Part shown: positions 9,774 to 20,101 of the stretch, in pieces
How positions within the stretch are numbered: the first letter of the stretch is position 1
How the letters are laid out: every line of letters begins with the position of its first letter
DNA from: Spirochaetia bacterium
GTDB taxonomy: Bacteria; Spirochaetota; Spirochaetia; SZUA-6; Bin103
Direction: 5' to 3'
Assembly (NCBI GenBank): GCA_965203515.1
Contig: OZ241907.1
Coordinates: forward strand, 3,360,001-3,424,000
DNA: 64,000 bases
Translations under genes and position numbers: made by a program
The notes under the pieces: generated by a model
The model's input: only the letters and a program-made list of their open reading frames with translations
Told to the model about the DNA's origin: nothing
Database searches by the model: none

Positions 9774-11216
9774 CTAGTTTCTCGAAAACTCCACGGACGG
9801 CGCTGACGTGTAGCCGCGGCCGCCGTCTGTCACCGTTACGCCTGTCACCGCGCCGCCCGATACGGTGGCATACCCGCTGGCACCGCCGCCGCCGCCGCCG
9901 CTGAACGACACGGTTGGCGCTGACGTGTAGCCGCTGCCGCCGTTCGTGACCGTCACGCCTGTCACCCTGCCCGGCGCCTCAAACGTCACGGACGGCGCCG
10001 ACGTTAAGCCGCCTTTGCTGATCAAGATCGTCACGCCTGTCACCGTGCCGCCCGATATGGTGGCAGTAGCTAGTGCGGCAGGACTGTCAACGCCACCGCC
10101 GCTGAACTGCACGCGCGGCTCCGAGGTGTAGCCGCTGCCGCCGTTCGTGACCGTCACGCCTGTGACCACATTTCCCGACTGCGCCGTAAACGTCACGGTC
10201 GGTGCCGAGGTGTAGCCGCGGCCGCCGCCAAAGAGCGTCACGCCCGTCACCGCGCCGCCCGATACGGTGGCATACCCGCTGGCACCGTCGCCGCCGCCGC
10301 CGCTGAACGACACGGTTGGCGCTGACGTGTAGCCGCTGCCGCCGTTCGTGATCGGCACGCCCGTCACCGCGCCGGCGACGATGGCAGTAGCGGCGGCGCC
10401 GGAACCGCCGCCGCCGCTGAACGACACGGTCGGCGCCGACGTGTAGCCCGCGCCGGGAGACAGGATTCCTACTCTATTCACCCGGACCGTGTCGATGCTG
10501 GCAGTAGCCTCGGCATCGACACCGCCCGACGGCGGCGAGGAAATCGCCACGAACGGCGCCGAGGTGTAGCCGCTGCCGCCGTCCGTGACCGTGACGCCCG
10601 TTACCGCGCCGCCCGATACGGTGGCGGTAGCGGCGGCGCCGGAACCGCCGCCGCCGACGAACCCCACCGCCGGCGCCGAGGTGTAGCCACTGCCGCCGAC
10701 CCCGACCGTCACGCCTGTCACCTCGGCGCCGATAAAGGCAGTAGCGGCGGCGCCGGAACCGCCGCCGCCGTTGAACGCCACGGATGGCGCCGAGGTGTAG
10801 CCGCTGCCGCCGTTCGTGACTATCACGCCTGTCACTATCATCCTTCCGATGGTGGCAGTAGCGGCGGCGCCGGAACCGCCGCCGCCGGCGCCGATGGTGG
10901 CGGTTCCGGCTGCGCGGGTACCGGCGCTGATGGTGGCAGTAGCGGTTGCGTCGCGGGGGCCGCCGCCCCCGCCTCCTCCGCCACTCGGTATTGTCGGCGC
11001 CGGCGTTGCTGGTTCGGTCGGGGTAGGCGTTGCAGGTCCGTCGGGGTCGGTGTTGCTGGGTTCGGTCGGCGCCGATGCGCTCGGCTCGGCTACCGGGTTT
11101 GGGCAGGCCAATAGCACGGTAATGACCACGCAGACGAGTAGGGCGGAGACGATTGTTCCGCGCACGGCGCGCGCTTTATCTTTATCGGTCGTCGTACCGA
11201 GTCTACGCGTCTCCAT
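9774..11216 (-). CDS. Lipoprotein with about 10 VTGVTVTNGGSGYTSAPTV-type repeats
   Basis: GAGGAGG RBS; signal peptide ending LLAC|PNP; Pro/Thr linker; Gly/Thr/Val repeats; more A/T-ending codons than its neighbours. Confidence 0.8.
   Translation of the reverse strand: METRRLGTTTDKDKARAVRGTIVSALLVCVVITVLLACPNPVAEPSASAPTEPSNTDPDGPATPTPTEPATPAPTIPSGGGGGGGGPRDATATATISAGTRAAGTATIGAGGGGSGAAATATIGRMIVTGVIVTNGGSGYTSAPSVAFNGGGGSGAAATAFIGAEVTGVTVGVGGSGYTSAPAVGFVGGGGSGAAATATVSGGAVTGVTVTDGGSGYTSAPFVAISSPPSGGVDAEATASIDTVRVNRVGILSPGAGYTSAPTVSFSGGGGSGAAATAIVAGAVTGVPITNGGSGYTSAPTVSFSGGGGDGASGYATVSGGAVTGVTLFGGGRGYTSAPTVTFTAQSGNVVTGVTVTNGGSGYTSEPRVQFSGGGVDSPAALATATISGGTVTGVTILISKGGLTSAPSVTFEAPGRVTGVTVTNGGSGYTSAPTVSFSGGGGGGASGYATVSGGAVTGVTVTDGGRGYTSAPSVEFSRN
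9844..10351. repeat. 106-bp intragenic direct repeat (9844-9949 and 10246-10351)
   Basis: The two copies differ at 1 of 106 positions. Confidence 0.9.
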
Positions 11217-12228
11217 CCCATACCTCCTCGAACAGCCGCAGCCAGTTGCCGCCCATCACCTTGACGATATCGTCCGGCGCATAGCCGCGCTCGGCCAACG
11301 CCGCGGCCAGATTTGGCATCTCTCGCGGCGTCTCCAACCCCTGCGGGTACATCCGCATCGTCGTGTAGTCGACCTGGGGCTCCACGAATGTCGACGGAAA
11401 CTTCGTCCCCTGTTGCGAGGAGATGAAGCGCCAGAACCGGCGCGGCTGGTCCTGGGTGAAGTCGGACCCGAAGCCGACGTGGTCGATGCCGGCCCGCTCT
11501 ACCAGGTCGTCGATCGCCTCCACCAGGTCGCCCAGGGTCGACGCCTGCCCGTTGCGCAGGAAGCTGGTGATCGCCGTGGCGCCGATCACGCCGCCGCGCG
11601 CCGCGCAGGCGCGCACCGCCTCGTCGGTCTTGTTGCGCGGCACGTCGTAGTAGCCGCGGCAGTTGGCGTGCGTGATCGCCACCGGCCGCGTCGAGCGCTC
11701 GATCACGTCCAGGGTGGTGCGCGGCCCCACGTGCGACAGGTCGGCCAGGATCCCGAGCCGGTTCATCTCCCGCACCGCGTCGCGCCCGAAGTTGGTCAGA
11801 CCGGCGTCGTGCGCCTCGTAGCAACCGGCGCCCAGCAGGTTCTGCTCGTGGTAGGTGACCTGGATGACGCGCACGCCCAGGTCCGCGAACAGCTCCAGCC
11901 GGCGCAGGTCGTTCTCTATCGGGCTGGCGTTCTGGAAGCTCAGGATGATGCCGACCCGGCCTTCCGCCTTGGCGGCGTGGATATCGGCGACCGATCGCAC
12001 CGGCCGGATCTGCGACGAGCGCTCGCGAAAGCGTTCGTACCAGGAGGCGACCGCGTCGGCGGTCTCCACGAATCCTTCCCAGGTGGCCACGGTGGCGCTG
12101 ACGGCGGTCAGGCCGCCGGCGCACAGGTCGGCGAACACGCCGTCGCTGTGCCAGTTGCTGACGTTGAGCGAGTCGATGGCGATCGAGCGCCGATACAGAT
12201 CGGCTACCGCTTCCCGGCTCATGCGCAC
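11203..12228 (-). CDS. Membrane dipeptidase (peptidase M19)
   Basis: ILSFQN, GVRVIQVTY, EMNRLGILADLSHVG, AITHAN, RNKTDE, GIDHVGFGSDF, MGGNWLR. Confidence 0.92.
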   Translation of the reverse strand: MRMSREAVADLYRRSIAIDSLNVSNWHSDGVFADLCAGGLTAVSATVATWEGFVETADAVASWYERFRERSSQIRPVRSVADIHAAKAEGRVGIILSFQNASPIENDLRRLELFADLGVRVIQVTYHEQNLLGAGCYEAHDAGLTNFGRDAVREMNRLGILADLSHVGPRTTLDVIERSTRPVAITHANCRGYYDVPRNKTDEAVRACAARGGVIGATAITSFLRNGQASTLGDLVEAIDDLVERAGIDHVGFGSDFTQDQPRRFWRFISSQQGTKFPSTFVEPQVDYTTMRMYPQGLETPREMPNLAAALAERGYAPDDIVKVMGGNWLRLFEEVWDGDA

Positions 12229-12283
12229 GGGTCGAGTCTGTCGGAATCGCCGCGCCGGCGCAAGTCCGACCGACGCTACCGGG

Positions 12284-12910
12284 CTACGTGGACGGGAAGT
12301 GTCCGTTGCCGCGCACGGCCCGGTTCTTCCGGCGTTCGTCGCTCTGCTCCAGCAGTCGCTCCTTGAGGGCCGCCTCCGCGGCGAGCAGCCGCTGCTCGGC
12401 GCTGGTGAGCTCCAGCAGGCGCTGCTTCTTCGCCAGCGGCAGGTCGCTGTAGTAGGCGACGTAGTAGGAGATCACCTCGGTGGAGACCCGTTCCAGGTCG
12501 GCCACCGGCAGGTGGCCGGGGGTCGACTCGTAGAGGTCCTGGAACAGGTGCAGACAGCGCAACTTGATCTCCGGCCGCTCGCCGGCCGGCCGGTCGGAGA
12601 AGAAGCGGACCGCCCCCTGCAAATATGCCTTGTCGTGCTGCAGGCGGGCGATCCGAAAGCGGCGCCGGCCGATCGTCAGGATGTCCATGCGGCCGTCTTC
12701 GTAGCGGCGGATCTCCCTGGCCACCCGGGCCGTGCAGCCAACGCTGGCGACCGTATTGTCGTCGGCGCACAACACTCCGAACTCGCCCTTGGCGGCGATC
12801 ACGTTTCCGATCATCTCCTTGTAGCGCTCCTCGAAGATGTGCAGCGGCAGCGCCGTGTCGGGAAACAGCACGACCTTGAGGGGAAACAGCGGCAGGAGTT
12901 GCTCAGCCAT
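12284..12910 (-). CDS. Stand-alone LON peptidase substrate-binding domain protein
   Basis: LPLFPLKVVLFP...LPLHIFEERY, VGCTARV, YEDGRMDI...GRRRFRI, KQRLLE. Confidence 0.88.
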   Translation of the reverse strand: MAEQLLPLFPLKVVLFPDTALPLHIFEERYKEMIGNVIAAKGEFGVLCADDNTVASVGCTARVAREIRRYEDGRMDILTIGRRRFRIARLQHDKAYLQGAVRFFSDRPAGERPEIKLRCLHLFQDLYESTPGHLPVADLERVSTEVISYYVAYYSDLPLAKKQRLLELTSAEQRLLAAEAALKERLLEQSDERRKNRAVRGNGHFPST

Positions 12911-13925
12911 CGCGCGTTGCCCGTACCGCGCCGTCCCGGCAGCGGCGCGCCATCTCCGTCGCGAAGTACGTCAGGACGATGTCGGCGCCGGCCCGCTTGA
13001 TGGCGGTGATCGATTCCGCCATCGCCCGATCGCGGTCGATCCAGCCGGCGGCGGCGGCCGCCTCGATCATCGCGTACTCCCCGGAAACCTGATAGGCGGC
13101 GACCGGCACGTCGACCGCCGCCCGGACCGCGGCGAGGACGTCCAGGTACGGCAGCGCCGGCTTGACCATGACGATGTCGGCGCCCTCGGCGACGTCGAGG
13201 CGCACCTCCCGCAGCGCGTCGCGCCGGTTGGCGGGATCGACCTGATAGGTCTTCTTGTCGCCGGCGCGCGGGGCGGAGTCGAGCGCCTCCCGGAACGGCC
13301 CGTAGAAGCACGATGCGTACTTGGCGGAGTAGGCCAGTATCCCGACCTCCAGGTGGCCGGCCCGGTCGAGCGCGTCACGGATATAGCCGATCCGCCCGTC
13401 CATCATGTCGGACGGCGCCACCAGATCGGCGCCCGCTTCCGCCTGGCAGAGCGCCATGTCGGCCAGGATCGGCAGCGTCTGATCGTTGTCGATGCGCTCG
13501 GCGATCACCAGCCCGTCGTGACCGTCGCTGGAGTACGGGTCCATCGCCACGTCGGTGATGACCAGCAGGTGCGGATGGGCGTGCTTGAGGGCGCGCACCG
13601 CCTGCGGAACCAGGCCGTCGGGATTCATCGCCTCGCCGGCCCGCGGGTCCTTCCGATCATCGGCGATTGCGGGGAACAACGCGACCGCCGGAACGCCGGC
13701 GGCGAACGCCTGGCCCGCCTCCGCGATCAGGGTGTCGATCGACAGGCGATGGCGGCCCGGCATCGCCGCGATCGGATCGCGAACGCCGGCGCCCTCGATC
13801 ACGAACAGCGGCAACGCCAAGTCGGACGGCCGCACCTCGGTCTGGCGCACCAGACGGCGGATTCCCTCGGTTTGCCGGTTGCGGCGCGGCCGAATCGGCA
13901 ACGTGAGGGAGGCCAAACGGCTCAA
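12903..13925 (-). CDS. hemB: Porphobilinogen synthase
   Basis: RPRRNR, DVAMDPYSSDGHDG (Asp-type, non-Zn site), APSDMMDGR, YGPFREA, MVKPALPYLD, AYQVSGEY. Confidence 0.97.
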   Translation of the reverse strand: MSRLASLTLPIRPRRNRQTEGIRRLVRQTEVRPSDLALPLFVIEGAGVRDPIAAMPGRHRLSIDTLIAEAGQAFAAGVPAVALFPAIADDRKDPRAGEAMNPDGLVPQAVRALKHAHPHLLVITDVAMDPYSSDGHDGLVIAERIDNDQTLPILADMALCQAEAGADLVAPSDMMDGRIGYIRDALDRAGHLEVGILAYSAKYASCFYGPFREALDSAPRAGDKKTYQVDPANRRDALREVRLDVAEGADIVMVKPALPYLDVLAAVRAAVDVPVAAYQVSGEYAMIEAAAAAGWIDRDRAMAESITAIKRAGADIVLTYFATEMARRCRDGAVRATRDG

Positions 13926-15043
13926 CCGCCTCCGGCCGCGCTCCGCGCCGCCCGCACCGCGGCCGGCTGGGAGTCTCCGCGCGTTTCTCGTGAAAAGATG
14001 CGCAGCGAGCGGTCGGCCAGCGGCAACTCCACGCGGATGCCGCCGCGGCGGTGCGATTCACGCATGGCCACGGCGATTTCCAGCGCGTGCAGCGCGTCGG
14101 CTCCGCTGCAGTTCGGCTCCTTGCCGGTCTCGATGCAGGCGAGAAGGTCGCGCACCGCGCGCACGTTGGGGCTTTCGACCGCAGGTGGATTGGGGAAGAG
14201 CTGCTGGGCGGGTTCTTCGCGCCGGCCTTCGAGGCTGGACGTATGGAGCTTGTAGAAGGCGATTTCCTGCGCGTCGGCCAGCGCGTGCAGGCGCCCGCAG
14301 GTGCCGGTCACCTCGAACTGCCAGTTCGCCGCGCCGCACGGCATCATGCGCACGAACGCCTGCACGCCGTTGTCGTAGTCCAGGTAGCCGTTGCCCCGCA
14401 GGTCTTCGTCGCCGGTCGCGGTCTCGTCATCCACGTGACCGAACACCGACCGCGCGCGGCCGCCGGCCAGCCGGTTGGTGAGGGCGAGCAGGTGGCTGCC
14501 GTTGTGCGAGATGAATGCTTCGCCCTGGCTGACGACCTGCAGCAGGTCGCCGAGTTCGCCGGCGTCGACCAGCGCGCGCATGCGTTCATAGTGCGCGGAC
14601 CAATTGCGGGAGCAGCCGACCGCCAACGCGATCCCCGCCGTCCGGCAGGCGGCCACCATCCGGTCGCCCTCCGCGAGGGAGATGCACAATGGCTTCTCCG
14701 CCCAGATCGCCTTGAGGCCGCGCGGAGCGCCCAACTCCACGACGTCGAGCAGGACGTCGGCGCGGGGCCGGGCCGACGTGCAGATGCTCACCAGGTCGGG
14801 ACGCTCCCGCTCCACCATCTCCCGGTAGTCGGCATAGAGCGTCTCCATACCCCACTTCGCCCGGTAGGCGGCGCGCTGCCCTGCATGCGGGTCAGCGCCG
14901 GCTACGACCTCGACCCCGGCCGCCCGGTAGCTCGGCGTATGCGCCCACGGCTTCGCGTGATGGGTCCACGCGCGCTGCTCGTCGTCGATCGTGCTGCCCA
15001 TGCGACCCAATCCGATCACCGCTGCGCGGTAGCGTCCGTTCAC
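13922..15043 (-). CDS. Gfo/Idh/MocA family oxidoreductase
   Basis: GGAGGGAG RBS; AVIGLGRMG, IWAEKPL, HNGSH; 4-bp overlap with hemB. Confidence 0.85.
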   Translation of the reverse strand: MNGRYRAAVIGLGRMGSTIDDEQRAWTHHAKPWAHTPSYRAAGVEVVAGADPHAGQRAAYRAKWGMETLYADYREMVERERPDLVSICTSARPRADVLLDVVELGAPRGLKAIWAEKPLCISLAEGDRMVAACRTAGIALAVGCSRNWSAHYERMRALVDAGELGDLLQVVSQGEAFISHNGSHLLALTNRLAGGRARSVFGHVDDETATGDEDLRGNGYLDYDNGVQAFVRMMPCGAANWQFEVTGTCGRLHALADAQEIAFYKLHTSSLEGRREEPAQQLFPNPPAVESPNVRAVRDLLACIETGKEPNCSGADALHALEIAVAMRESHRRGGIRVELPLADRSLRIFSRETRGDSQPAAVRAARSAAGGG

Positions 15044-15236
15044 GATCTCCCTCCGTCTACGTCAGCGGTGTCGTCGATCCTGTTCATGGGCTTCGAGAGC
15101 TCTTCTACCGTGAACGCCATGCCTTTGCCCGCCTCGACCTGAGACGGTACCGTGATCATTTGGCACAGTGCAAATGCGCGCGAGCGACGCCGGCGGTGGC
15201 ACGATCGCCCGGCAGCGGCACGATCGCCGGTCGGGC

Positions 15237-16325
15237 ATGAAGGGACGCGGCGCGGCCGGCAATCCGCCGAACCGCTTCGAGCGGATCGAGTACGTCGCCG
15301 ACCCGGACGCCCCGCCCGCCGGTCGGCCGGAAACCGAGCTGCTGCGCGACCGCTCGCGCTCCATCATCGCCACCAACCCAAGCCCTGACGTCGGTTTCGA
15401 CGCGTCCGTCAACCCCTATCGCGGCTGCGCGCACGGCTGCGCCTACTGCTTTGCCCGCCCCACCCACGAGTACCTGGGCTTCTCCGCCGGGCTCGACTTC
15501 GAGACCCGGATCGTGGTCAAGGAGGATGCGCCCGAGCTGCTGGCCGCCGAGCTCGCCGCTCCGCGCTGGCGCCCGCAGCCGCTGGCGCTCTCCGGGGTGA
15601 CCGATCCGTATCAGCCGATCGAGCGCCGACTCCGCATCACCCGCCGCTGCCTGGAGGTGCTGGCCGAGTTCCGCAACCCGGTCATCGTCATCACCAAGAA
15701 CCGGCTGGCGGCGCGCGACGCCGACCTGCTGGCGGCGCTCGCCGCCGACCGAGCCGCCGCGGTCTTCCTGTCGATCCCGACGATCGATACCTCCCTGAGC
15801 AACGCCCTGGAACCGCGCACCAGCACCCCCGCCCGGCGGCTGCAGGCGATGGAGACGCTCGCGGCGGCCGGCGTGCCGGTGGGCGTCCTGACGGCGCCCG
15901 TGATACCCGGCCTCACGGATCATGAGATACCGGCCATCCTCGCCGCCGCGGCGCAGGCCGGCGCGTCATTCGCGGGTTACGTCATGCTGCGGCTGCCGCT
16001 GGCCGTGGCGCCGCTGTTCGAGGACTGGCTGGAACGTCACCGGCCCGACCGGAAGGGCAAGATACTCTCCCGCATCCGCCAGATGCGCGGCGGCGGCCAC
16101 GATGCCGGCCGGCTCAACGACGCCCGGTTCGGCGCGCGCATGCGGGGCAGCGGACCGTTCGCCGAGCTGGCCGCGACCATGTTCAAGCGCTCGTGCGCGC
16201 GGGCCGGCATCGGCGAACGGGCGCCTGCGCTCGACACCGGCGCCTTCCGCGTCCCCGACCGCTACCGGGACCGCGCGGGCCAGCTCACGTTGTGGCCGTG
16301 CGCCCCGGTCCGCCGGACTCCTTGA
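15237..16325 (+). CDS. PA0069 family radical SAM protein (SplB-related)
   Basis: KGRGA..NPPNRFE, SPDVGFDASVNPYRGCAHGCAYCFARPTHEYLG (CxxxCxxC), TDPYQPIE. Confidence 0.92.
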   Translation: MKGRGAAGNPPNRFERIEYVADPDAPPAGRPETELLRDRSRSIIATNPSPDVGFDASVNPYRGCAHGCAYCFARPTHEYLGFSAGLDFETRIVVKEDAPELLAAELAAPRWRPQPLALSGVTDPYQPIERRLRITRRCLEVLAEFRNPVIVITKNRLAARDADLLAALAADRAAAVFLSIPTIDTSLSNALEPRTSTPARRLQAMETLAAAGVPVGVLTAPVIPGLTDHEIPAILAAAAQAGASFAGYVMLRLPLAVAPLFEDWLERHRPDRKGKILSRIRQMRGGGHDAGRLNDARFGARMRGSGPFAELAATMFKRSCARAGIGERAPALDTGAFRVPDRYRDRAGQLTLWPCAPVRRTP

Positions 16326-18192
16326 CCGCCGCCTCGATCAGGTCGTCGGGGATGTCATCGAACGACGAGTAGTTGAGGGAGTAGAGCCGCGCGTACAGTC
16401 CGTTCCGAGCCATCAGCTCGGCATGGGTGCCGCGCTCCACGATCCTGCCCTCCTGCAGGACCAGGATGCGGTCGGCGCCGCGAATGGTGGCCAGACGGTG
16501 CGCGATCACCAGCCCGGTGCGACCTTCCAGCAGCTTGGCGAGCGCCCGCTGGATCATCATTTCCGTGTAGCTGTCGATGTTGGCGGTCGCCTCGTCCAGC
16601 ACCAGTATCCTGGTGTCGGCGGCCACCGCGCGCGCGAAGCTGATGAGTTGCCGCTGGCCGAGCGACAGGTTGCCGCCGCGCTGCTCGATCTCGGTCCGAT
16701 AGCCGTCCGGCAGACGCATGATGAACCCGTGCGCCCCCACGGTGCGGGCCGCTCGTTCGACCTGTTCGCGGCTCACGCCGGGCTGGTGATAGCGAATGTT
16801 CTCCTCGATCGTCCCCGAGAACAGGAACGGCTCCTGCAGCACCATGCCGATGTGGCGTCCGAGCGAATCCTGGGAGACGTCGCGCACGTCGTGGCCCCCC
16901 ACCAGCACCTGCCCCTCCCACACGTCGTAGAAGCGGTGCGCCAGCGCCGTGATGCTGGTCTTGCCCGAACCGGTCGGCCCGACCAGGGCCACCGTCTCGC
17001 CCGGCCGGGCCGTGAAGTCGATGTCACGCAGCACCGGCTGATCCGGAACGTACCCGAAGGTGACGCCGCGGAACTCGATCGAACCGTCGCCCTCATCGAC
17101 TTCGATCGCGCCCGGCCGATCCCGGATCTCGATCGGCACGTCCATCACCTCGAAGATGCGCTGCCCGGCGGCCATGGCCCGCTGCATGATGCTGAGCTGC
17201 ATCGTCACCGAGCGGATCGGCTGGAAGAACCGCTGAATGTAGATCAGGAACGCGATCAACACGCCCAGGTCGAGCGCCTTGTCGAGCACCATCGTCCCGC
17301 CCACGTACACCACGATCCCGGTGGCGATCCCGGTGAGGGTGTCGACGATCGGTACGATCATCTGCGCGATCAGCACCGCCCGCGACTGCGCGGCCAGATT
17401 GTCGTGCGCCTTGTCGTGAAACAGGTCGAGGTTGACCGGCTCGCGGCCCGCCTCCTGCACCGTGCGCACGCCGTTGATCGCCTCCGCCATGGCGCCGTTG
17501 GCGATCGACGACGTCTCCCGCGCCCGCAGGAAGGTGCGTTTGGCATGCGGCAGCCACACCATGCGGACCACGATCAGCGTCGGCACGACGGCCAGAGCCA
17601 GCAGCCCGAGCATCCAGTCCATGGCCACCAGCACCGCCATGATGCCGACCAGCAGGACCAGGTCCCCGATCGCGAACACCGATGACTCCAGAAACTCCTG
17701 CAGCGCGTATACGTCCCCCTGCAGGCGCGACATCAGCCGGCCCGCCTCGGTGCGGTCCATGAAGGAGAGCGAAACCCGCTGCAGGTGGCGGTACATGGCT
17801 CGCCGCAGATCGAACAGCACGCGCTCGCCGGCGCGCGACACCACCCCTTCCTGCAACACGTTGGCGACGAAGTTGACGGCGATGACGCCGGCGAAGACGC
17901 CGACCGCGGTACGCAGCAGCCCCAGCGCGGACTCGCCCGCTCCCGCCACGTACTCGAACGTGTTGCTCACGATCAGCGGGATGGCGAGCTGCGTGGCGGT
18001 GAACACCAATACCGCCGCCAGCCCGAAGAGCAGCCGCCGCCGGTACGGCACGACGAACGCTATGAACCGGCGCACGATCCGGCCGTCGAAGGCCGCGCCG
18101 AACATCACCTCTTCGCGGTTGGACTGCGCCCCCACGGAAGCCAGGCGAGGCCGTGCCGACCGCTGCGCCGACGGCGGACCGCTACCGGCCAC
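16285..18192 (-). CDS. ABC exporter, fused permease-ATPase (consensus subunit)
   Basis: TM domain; GPTGSGKT, LSLGQRQ, LVLDEAT, IAHRL. Confidence 0.93.
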   Translation of the reverse strand: MAGSGPPSAQRSARPRLASVGAQSNREEVMFGAAFDGRIVRRFIAFVVPYRRRLLFGLAAVLVFTATQLAIPLIVSNTFEYVAGAGESALGLLRTAVGVFAGVIAVNFVANVLQEGVVSRAGERVLFDLRRAMYRHLQRVSLSFMDRTEAGRLMSRLQGDVYALQEFLESSVFAIGDLVLLVGIMAVLVAMDWMLGLLALAVVPTLIVVRMVWLPHAKRTFLRARETSSIANGAMAEAINGVRTVQEAGREPVNLDLFHDKAHDNLAAQSRAVLIAQMIVPIVDTLTGIATGIVVYVGGTMVLDKALDLGVLIAFLIYIQRFFQPIRSVTMQLSIMQRAMAAGQRIFEVMDVPIEIRDRPGAIEVDEGDGSIEFRGVTFGYVPDQPVLRDIDFTARPGETVALVGPTGSGKTSITALAHRFYDVWEGQVLVGGHDVRDVSQDSLGRHIGMVLQEPFLFSGTIEENIRYHQPGVSREQVERAARTVGAHGFIMRLPDGYRTEIEQRGGNLSLGQRQLISFARAVAADTRILVLDEATANIDSYTEMMIQRALAKLLEGRTGLVIAHRLATIRGADRILVLQEGRIVERGTHAELMARNGLYARLYSLNYSSFDDIPDDLIEAAVKESGGPGRTATT

Positions 18193-20059
18193 GCACGACC
18201 TCCGCCGCGCGCGCCGCGCCCTCGGCGATGCTGTCGGCGATCCGATCGAGCGAGTCCGAGGGGTTCGCCTGGAGCTGGTACAGCGCGCGGTACCGGCCGC
18301 CCAGCTCCATCAGCTCGGCGTGGGTGCCGCGCTCTACGACCGAGCCGGCGTCCACGAACAGAATTTCGTCGGCGTGCATCAGCGAGCTGAGCCGATGCGA
18401 GACGATGATGGTGGCGGTGCGCTCGGTGAGCTTGCGCAGCGCCGTGCGAATGCGCTGCTCCGTGGCCGCGTCGATGGCCGCCGTGGAATCGTCGAAGGCG
18501 ATGACCGCCGGCCGCACCATGACGCTGCGGGCGATCGACAGCCGCTGCCGCTGGCCGCCGGAGAGCGACACGCCGCGCTCGCCGACCAGCGTCCGGTACT
18601 GCTCCGGCAGGCCCAGCACCCAGTCGTGCAGCTGCGCCGAGGAGCTGGCGTGGGTGATCTGCTCCCGGTTCGCCCAGGGATCGGCGTACGCCACGTTGCT
18701 CTCCACGCTGGCGGTGAACAGGAAGTTGTCCTGATGTATCACGCCCACCGCGGATCGCAGAGACTGCAGGGTCACCGACCGGATGTCCTGACCGTCGATG
18801 GTGATGCGGCCGGCGTCGACGTCGTAGTAGCGGCCGGCCAGCAGCGCGATCGTCGACTTGCCCGCGCCCGGCGGACCGACGATGCCGAGCGTGCGGCCCG
18901 GGGCCACCTCGAAGCTGATGTCCTGCAGCATCGCATCCCCGCCGTGATAGGAGAAGCTCACCGACTCGAAGCGCAGCACCCCTGCGCGTATCTCCAGGTC
19001 GCGGGCGCCCGGCCGATCCTTGATGTCCGGCTCCAGGTCGAGGATCTCGAACAGCCGCCCGCCCGACGTGGAGGCCCGCGACAACGCGCTCACCACCATG
19101 CCGAGCTGCCGGATCGGCATCTGCAGGATCAACATGAAGATCAGGAACTCCGTGACGACGCCGACCGTGACGTGCCCGCCCAGCACGCGGGTGCCGCCGA
19201 CCCAGAGCATCAGCGCCATCGCCGAATAGTAGGCGAGGGTCATCAGGCTGACGTCGCGCACGCGGATATTGATCGTGCGGTCGGTGTGGCGCTTGGCCTG
19301 CTCGGAGACGGCGTCGAACTTGGCCATCTCATGCTCGCGCGCCGCGAACGCGCGCACCACGCGGATGCCGCCGAGGTTCTCTTCCATCACCTTGGTCAGC
19401 CGCCCCAGGCACTGCTGCAGGCGCAGCCACGCCACGCGCAGCCGCAGCCGCGCCACCGTCGCGCGCCAGGCGACCACCGGCACGAAGCTCAGCGCCGCCA
19501 GCGTGAGCAGCGGATCGGTGCTCACCAGCAGCCACGTTCCCCAGCCGATCAGCACCAGCAGCCAGATCGCCCGGAGCAGCCCGCGGTTGAAGGAGTTGGC
19601 CACCGCTTCGACGTCGAGCATGCCGCGCGTGATCAGGTCGCCGGTGTGGACGCGATCGTGAAACCCGTAGCTCAGCCGCTGCACCTTGTCGTAGTAGTCC
19701 ATCCGCAGGCGGTAGCCGATGCTCTGCCCCACGACCTCGCCCTGCTGGCTGTGCACCATCATCATCAACCCGCGCACCATGCCGGCGCCCAGGATCAGCC
19801 CGGCGAGCTGCAACAGTTGCCGCTTGGCGGCGTTCGGGTCGGTCGCTTCGACCAGGATCAGGTTCACCGTGTCGACCACGTCGCCGAGGTATCTCGGCAG
19901 CAGCAGCTGAAACACGGCCGCGGCGACGGTGCTGACGACGGCTATGGTCAACCGCACCGGATAGGCCAGCGCCATGCGCAGCACGCGCAGCACCGGGCCT
20001 ACCCCGGACCACGCCGCGGTGCGGTCGGCGGGCTGGATCACCGATCCCGGACTACTCAT
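18182..20059 (-). CDS. ABC exporter, fused permease-ATPase (degenerate partner subunit)
   Basis: GPPGAGKS, LSGGQRQR, Walker B FDDS (Glu to Asp, typical of TmrAB/YheIH-like heterodimers). Confidence 0.93.
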   Translation of the reverse strand: MSSPGSVIQPADRTAAWSGVGPVLRVLRMALAYPVRLTIAVVSTVAAAVFQLLLPRYLGDVVDTVNLILVEATDPNAAKRQLLQLAGLILGAGMVRGLMMMVHSQQGEVVGQSIGYRLRMDYYDKVQRLSYGFHDRVHTGDLITRGMLDVEAVANSFNRGLLRAIWLLVLIGWGTWLLVSTDPLLTLAALSFVPVVAWRATVARLRLRVAWLRLQQCLGRLTKVMEENLGGIRVVRAFAAREHEMAKFDAVSEQAKRHTDRTINIRVRDVSLMTLAYYSAMALMLWVGGTRVLGGHVTVGVVTEFLIFMLILQMPIRQLGMVVSALSRASTSGGRLFEILDLEPDIKDRPGARDLEIRAGVLRFESVSFSYHGGDAMLQDISFEVAPGRTLGIVGPPGAGKSTIALLAGRYYDVDAGRITIDGQDIRSVTLQSLRSAVGVIHQDNFLFTASVESNVAYADPWANREQITHASSSAQLHDWVLGLPEQYRTLVGERGVSLSGGQRQRLSIARSVMVRPAVIAFDDSTAAIDAATEQRIRTALRKLTERTATIIVSHRLSSLMHADEILFVDAGSVVERGTHAELMELGGRYRALYQLQANPSDSLDRIADSIAEGAARAAEVVRGR

Positions 20060-20101
20060 CAGGTGCGGTCATACGGCTGCGGTCAACGGTTGGTCAGGCG
20101 C

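Noticed and set aside
9774..11216. Prophage remnant
   Set aside because: A single gene with a bacterial lipoprotein signal; no other phage genes nearby.
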